The translations under genes and the position numbers were made by a program. A stretch of 18,561 nt of DNA from Candidatus Thorarchaeota archaeon (GTDB lineage Archaea > Asgardarchaeota > Thorarchaeia > Thorarchaeales > Thorarchaeaceae), in NCBI GenBank assembly GCA_048884965.1, contig JBHLQH010000048.1, positions 1 to 18,561 of the forward strand, in the 5' to 3' direction. The notes under the pieces are model-generated. The model was given only the letters and a program-made list of their open reading frames with translations, made no database searches and had not been told where the DNA came from. Below are positions 16,401 to 18,561 of the stretch, one piece after another (within the stretch, counting starts at the first letter, position 1; every line of letters starts with the position of its first letter).

Positions 16401-16792
16401 ACTACAGACATAGGGACCTTGATAGGAATGGGAATGGATTACTTAACGACTCTGAGGATATCGATGAGGCGACCTTGGTAATGTATCTCTATGATGACAG
16501 CATCAACATGTGGGTTCGAATCACAGATGATCTGTATTGGGTCATTGAAACTGGAGTAAATGGAACCGACATTGAGGTCTATGGTGAGGTCTATGCAGGC
16601 TATGTATGGGCGCGCGTGACTCATCTTTCGCTCTTTAGCATTGCAGGGCAGCAGTATGCATTGTCATTCCCATGGGTGAGCATAATCATCTGGAGCATTG
16701 TGATAGGGATTGGAATCGTAGGCATAGCAGTGTATCAAAGAAGACGGAAGGGCAAAACGTATACCGATATCGTACATGAGCTCTCTGAATGA
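10442..16792 (+). CDS. Giant (2116 aa) membrane-anchored surface protein: TSP3/binary-toxin-like Ca-binding repeats, fascin-like beta-trefoil, central hydrophobic helical region, NHL-type propeller, S-layer/PGF-pre-PGF-like C-terminal domains, TM anchor
   Basis: AGGAGG RBS at 10425; basic then hydrophobic N-terminus; about 22 DxDxDG-type repeats in three blocks; VALRLKTGQYMTV..EAFTL..FALKAYTGEYVTV; IAVDAEENVYAL, VEVDKSGFVYVLD, PRDLAISEDGTIYI; YVWARVTHLSLFSIAG; TM WVSIIIWSIVIGIGIVGIAVY followed by QRRRK. Confidence 0.88.
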   Translation: MKSKESRFRIHRLKRILRIAAVCCIGMMLVCVDYESALNQPDFRDAYEEGSPDNLLRQLAEQIDPKKPYSLRELVEGLLNVTPIGTPDTDSDQLPDPVEAIIGTDYTKTDTDEDQLDDYFEVFHDSDPLEPDTNFDGFPDKNEFNTTSYDLDGDGVANVWDKDNDGDSVSDALDLSPFGYSVSCETFQLDIDTDGGPLYIDFQFRPTKKEHLQLLTQTWDWPFDQEGIMRDFDNSAEDLTTQPILMVMSNVLPNQSEVDDYGITVGPDCLYVPVMPVWDRDEIVALKSKIFFPESSPTNLNLYMTLQWRVLGETDNEILSLSTLAGEYVTLDAEGNFITEASNTSTLDISLVEVGPKQVALRLKTGQYMTVDDSSKLVAGGYAIDTREAFTLERMGSDRFALKAYTGEYVTVLDDKKLGLQVDALSEDESAFSVSGFSSDNIFVLSAEDYESETVLLITYNDRMFCTGLVVEEFSESQVGFFYSANRNQTVATNLLLGAIFLRNNTNTLSTVDNLLPPYSIVVSAPSWTYGHRDEALIDMSNTLLPAILDGLPANQNLPVILATEEKSRVIEMSELYSGMYVLPSALSIDLASEPLATVKSMKTNFYNTSNYVALSLEDIMLDLSKWNLDTNASIATISMVMIWNSGQQTVSGEGKWNVEFSPPNAVLTTLVPTLAAGAVTLGVIVSTRSQNLFSTTFRALSVSISKVAKFFQLVKQGMGMTEAMNTVKCMQSIYKAGDSTASFWAKFDIGLAILGILLDVGFGIYAGIAMANEIGGKIGVEIGAVYGSIAAFFGLAIGITIFLVGIYVNPLLGAILGIIYGLGAIFGNWIGELARVITEAFVGPPHTSCETTPYFDISSTDVEIIDADGLGFNVGDTIAFSAQIVAGLNATGEDWRYIDRSYNKAWLTTILPEGSSSTNTSSNTQTYPIPAGGLPNIYTSYTTNSDPAGWYYVENDCSSTVTVSPGTAMVNFPMNVRFNHYTKLTSRWYHRPFWLFGERCYHLETQELSNTSEFTTLYFDVFPSTIDGFIHWSAIKKLDYDGDGLIGDDDDKPWVFDSDSDGLSDVYEDKHGMDPELFDSDGDGLSDEWELYYGTNATNADSDGDGLRDYRELAGWEVPFEYNNTPFIIHVFSDPRSANSDGDDINDYWEYWSNTNPRSNDTNGDGIADIQRKMPQTELYTETDWSYSFGGTDVSMDEIAVDAEENVYALAHRDTSLGQTAKWFVTKMNSTLDYVPTGPGFEDVDTQLGGYLPGEHAITAYSPSSQHHNESIVVSVTDVWHAPYGRYNNYYALNGTLVDYAIVGVGDEEVERMCISSDEETAFMMSYYCEGGFYVSQWNCIEGAWVLVDVWSEDEDFNPMIGWSDVPTDIAYNEKFGLIYVSFPDKILCFDPLAVEYAFLFGTDHDTACAVEVDKSGFVYVLDAGVNNKSITVYDYNGEKYPYWCDNGRCNLQPMNPLTIDPRDLAISEDGTIYIGQMSALWSNVRRFEQNQTAISDILPEDEDSDFDQLTNLEEKTGWEISITFSNGTKFFNVTSNPLLNDTDKDLVNDYDEWVLGTNPNMPDSDGDGLRDDVEIALGTDPTHFDSDSDTLPDGLERTYGSNPNSGDSDGEGVPDAIEFSLGSNANSSDSDGDGMNDHDEYDFNSSLLLPDADNDFMFDGMENNTGTDPNFSDDDMDGIKDGFEILYHTDPMSNDSDSDGLLDGIEIDLWLDPLSDDTDGDGLSDLEELEMSTNPWCSDSDFDGIPDGQDEDSFMTISLDVTLVVTEDADDATLEFIERLREYCQLTVVSYDDFMSDYTDSAYVVLVGKPQETTDGVCSLVYELLEGTGEVLTAMEIPNAHELAVRYGIWEDTQTIVMLSRAIAFDVYTVLSILRGSNVTVFTDGIEIDYNIAHSEHYQLGVTTLSLGSIDIVKHLDATLSITLSSQLAPTVTLRKYNMTTTPYALTTFSGLLEGEEALGRYLEVSVMASGVTVTTVQESLIIMYYRHRDLDRNGNGLLNDSEDIDEATLVMYLYDDSINMWVRITDDLYWVIETGVNGTDIEVYGEVYAGYVWARVTHLSLFSIAGQQYALSFPWVSIIIWSIVIGIGIVGIAVYQRRRKGKTYTDIVHELSE
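14950..15705 (+). repeat. Block of 11 tandem TSP3-like Ca-binding repeats (other blocks at about 10700-10970 and 13559-13955)
   Basis: Mostly 22-aa period D(S/T)DxDGxxDxxE..GT(N/D)P visible in the translation. Confidence 0.85.
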
Positions 16793-16810
16793 AATGACAC
16801 AGCATCGATA

Positions 16811-17881
16811 CTAATCGCCGTCTTCAATCGAGGGAGGTTCTTGATGTCGATGGAGGGCATCCCTTAGTTCATTCAATCTATGTTTGATTGTCACCATGAG
16901 AGGGATAGTAATATACACCTCATCATCATCAACACGTTTGATGGTTCTTCGTAGCCTCCAATGAATCACCAGAAGTAGAAGCAGGAGAGGAAAAAGATAG
17001 GGGAGGGGAGAAGCCCCAACTGAATAGTAGGGTTGCATAATGATGACTGCATTGACATTGTTAGCTATTACAAGAAGAATAACCTCCTGTAAAATTCCAG
17101 CAAAGCATACACCAGCTATTGATAATCGCTTGCCCAAGTACAATGCAATGAACAAGAGGAAGACCAATCGAAGAATGAAGATTATCTGAAAGGAACTCAG
17201 CATCTGCTCAAGCTCAACAAGTGAGCTGTTTTCCAAGAGATAGAAACCAGACTCTTCGCTCCAACCAGAGCGGACCGAGCTGAATGTGAGAAAGACAGAT
17301 GAAAGAAGGGTCCGATCTGAACCATAGAGACCTTGATTGTACAGGAAGACGCATGGGAACCCAAGGACCATCACAAAGGAAATTGCAAGCAAAAGTGCTT
17401 CCACTGATAGGAGCCGTATTTCTGAAGATTGAAGTAGGCCATATAATGAAGGAATCAGAATGAAGCAAAGAATGAGTGCAACAGAATATACTAGGGGAAC
17501 ATAGAACAACCAACCGATCCAACTAGGGAGGATGTGTCCAAGAACCGGAAATGCTAGAAGAGTCAGGGATGAAACAATTGCTGCATTAAGGGGGTATTTT
17601 CTCTTTCCGACACTCCTGAAATAAATGCTGAATTCGAGTGCGGGGATACTGCATATTAGTCCGCTGGCCAGCGAGATGGATTGCCATTGGAGCAAATCAT
17701 TCGATAATTCCCAGATCAAACCAGTCGCAATCAATTGTATAGTCGTAACTCCAGTACTCATTGTGATTCTAAAGGGCAGCAACATTACTAGCACTAGACG
17801 AGCTATCACGGATATGATGAATGTTTCCCGATTCGACATTCCACATGCAACCAATTTGAAGGCTAATTGCCTTTTATTCAC
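16811..17881 (-). CDS. Multipass (about 8 TM) membrane protein of unknown function
   Basis: 356-aa ORF with about eight hydrophobic segments and a charged C-terminal tail. Start uncertain (GTG 17881 or the downstream ATG of MSNRETF). Confidence 0.75.
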   Translation of the reverse strand: MNKRQLAFKLVACGMSNRETFIISVIARLVLVMLLPFRITMSTGVTTIQLIATGLIWELSNDLLQWQSISLASGLICSIPALEFSIYFRSVGKRKYPLNAAIVSSLTLLAFPVLGHILPSWIGWLFYVPLVYSVALILCFILIPSLYGLLQSSEIRLLSVEALLLAISFVMVLGFPCVFLYNQGLYGSDRTLLSSVFLTFSSVRSGWSEESGFYLLENSSLVELEQMLSSFQIIFILRLVFLLFIALYLGKRLSIAGVCFAGILQEVILLVIANNVNAVIIMQPYYSVGASPLPYLFPLLLLLLVIHWRLRRTIKRVDDDEVYITIPLMVTIKHRLNELRDALHRHQEPPSIEDGD

Positions 17882-17967
17882 AGCAATCTGGAATAATCAT
17901 TTCTATTTTGCCTATCCGTATTATATGGTTCTTTCAGACGCGATTCCTATACCCATTTCATCCTAGC

Positions 17968-18561
17968 TCAAATGATTTTTTCCCACAGACTCATCATTGC
18001 ATTTCTTATACCATTCCATGTAGGAACGCTACTAGATCTCTCAGGTTCAATTGTGAAAAGACCACGATAGCCCCATTCTCTGTGTATCTTTTGCAAAGCT
18101 TCCTCAAAGGAGTATGGTGCTCCATGAAGTTGCCATTGACTATTTTCAAGAGAACCGCGTAGATGGACATTGCTGATTCTCTCTACAACGTCCGAGAATG
18201 CATCGAGCTCTTCGTACATCCCAGCCCATCGAGTGTCAAGCGTGATCCACTTGAACTCCTCCAAGTTATCATATGGAGTAGAGCCCTCAAGATGCGTCGG
18301 CACATTCTCAACAGAGGGGATCACCGCTGGATACAGTGCAGCGATTTTGGCAAGCTCATCCCGGAGAACATTGGGGTCGAAATTCGTAGCCCAAGTATCC
18401 CACAGATGAAAAACCGCTTGATGTGCACCTATTGCATCAGCAAGCTGGAGAGTTTCACGTATTAGTTGGCGTCCATGCGAAATCTCAGATTCATCCTCAG
18501 AACATAGATAGATTCCAACATCCCTATTTGCATGGATTGATAATATTGATGAATGCGATGT
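17968..18561 (-). CDS. Sugar phosphate isomerase/epimerase / AP endonuclease family 2 TIM-barrel protein (partial, start beyond window end)
   Basis: The frame of track ORF 17968..18324 stays open to the window end: ILSIHANRD..LIRETLQLADAIGAHQAVFHLW..SVENVP..ITLDTRW..NVHLRG..GYRGLFTIEP, matching the family's H, H, EN, D, H, E strand-end pattern. Confidence 0.8.
   Translation of the reverse strand, partial: TSHSSILSIHANRDVGIYLCSEDESEISHGRQLIRETLQLADAIGAHQAVFHLWDTWATNFDPNVLRDELAKIAALYPAVIPSVENVPTHLEGSTPYDNLEEFKWITLDTRWAGMYEELDAFSDVVERISNVHLRGSLENSQWQLHGAPYSFEEALQKIHREWGYRGLFTIEPERSSSVPTWNGIRNAMMSLWEKII

Noticed and set aside
1628-16624. Many 60-150 aa antisense or off-frame ORFs inside the long genes (e.g. 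1628-2038, 8157-8582, 13635-14096, 15241-15483)
   Set aside because: Fully overlap well-supported CDSs; the Ser/Pro-rich translations are the expected mirror of Asp/Gly-rich codons.
1-18561. Mobile elements, reverse transcriptase/retron, cas or rRNA genes
   Set aside because: No transposase, integrase, reverse transcriptase or Cas motifs and no rRNA-like sequence recognised.

Overview
An archaeal-style window. Archaeal TATA/BRE-like promoters, GGAGG/GGTG ribosome-binding sites, an AF0577-type radical SAM gene and membrane-anchored surface proteins suggest an Asgard archaeon such as Thorarchaeota; this is inference, not shown. The window is dominated by cell-envelope genes: a partial DUF3160 protein, a membrane-tethered winged-HTH regulator, a 1021-aa FG-GAP propeller/PPC/Ca-repeat receptor-like protein, and a 2116-aa Ca-repeat surface protein. 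The larger protein also carries a fascin-like trefoil, a central toxin-like hydrophobic helical region and an NHL propeller. The window also holds a radical SAM/SPASM enzyme, two GNAT acetyltransferases, a SagB/ThcOx nitroreductase fusion, two orphan multipass membrane proteins and a partial TIM-barrel isomerase/endonuclease. Features missing from the ORF track are a 51-aa tail-anchored CxxC microprotein (7033-7188) and a probable ~100-nt structured ncRNA with its own TATA box (8993-9095). That RNA has a 21-bp closing stem, an alternative fold and a C-rich loop. All domain calls come from motif recognition by eye; no searches were run.
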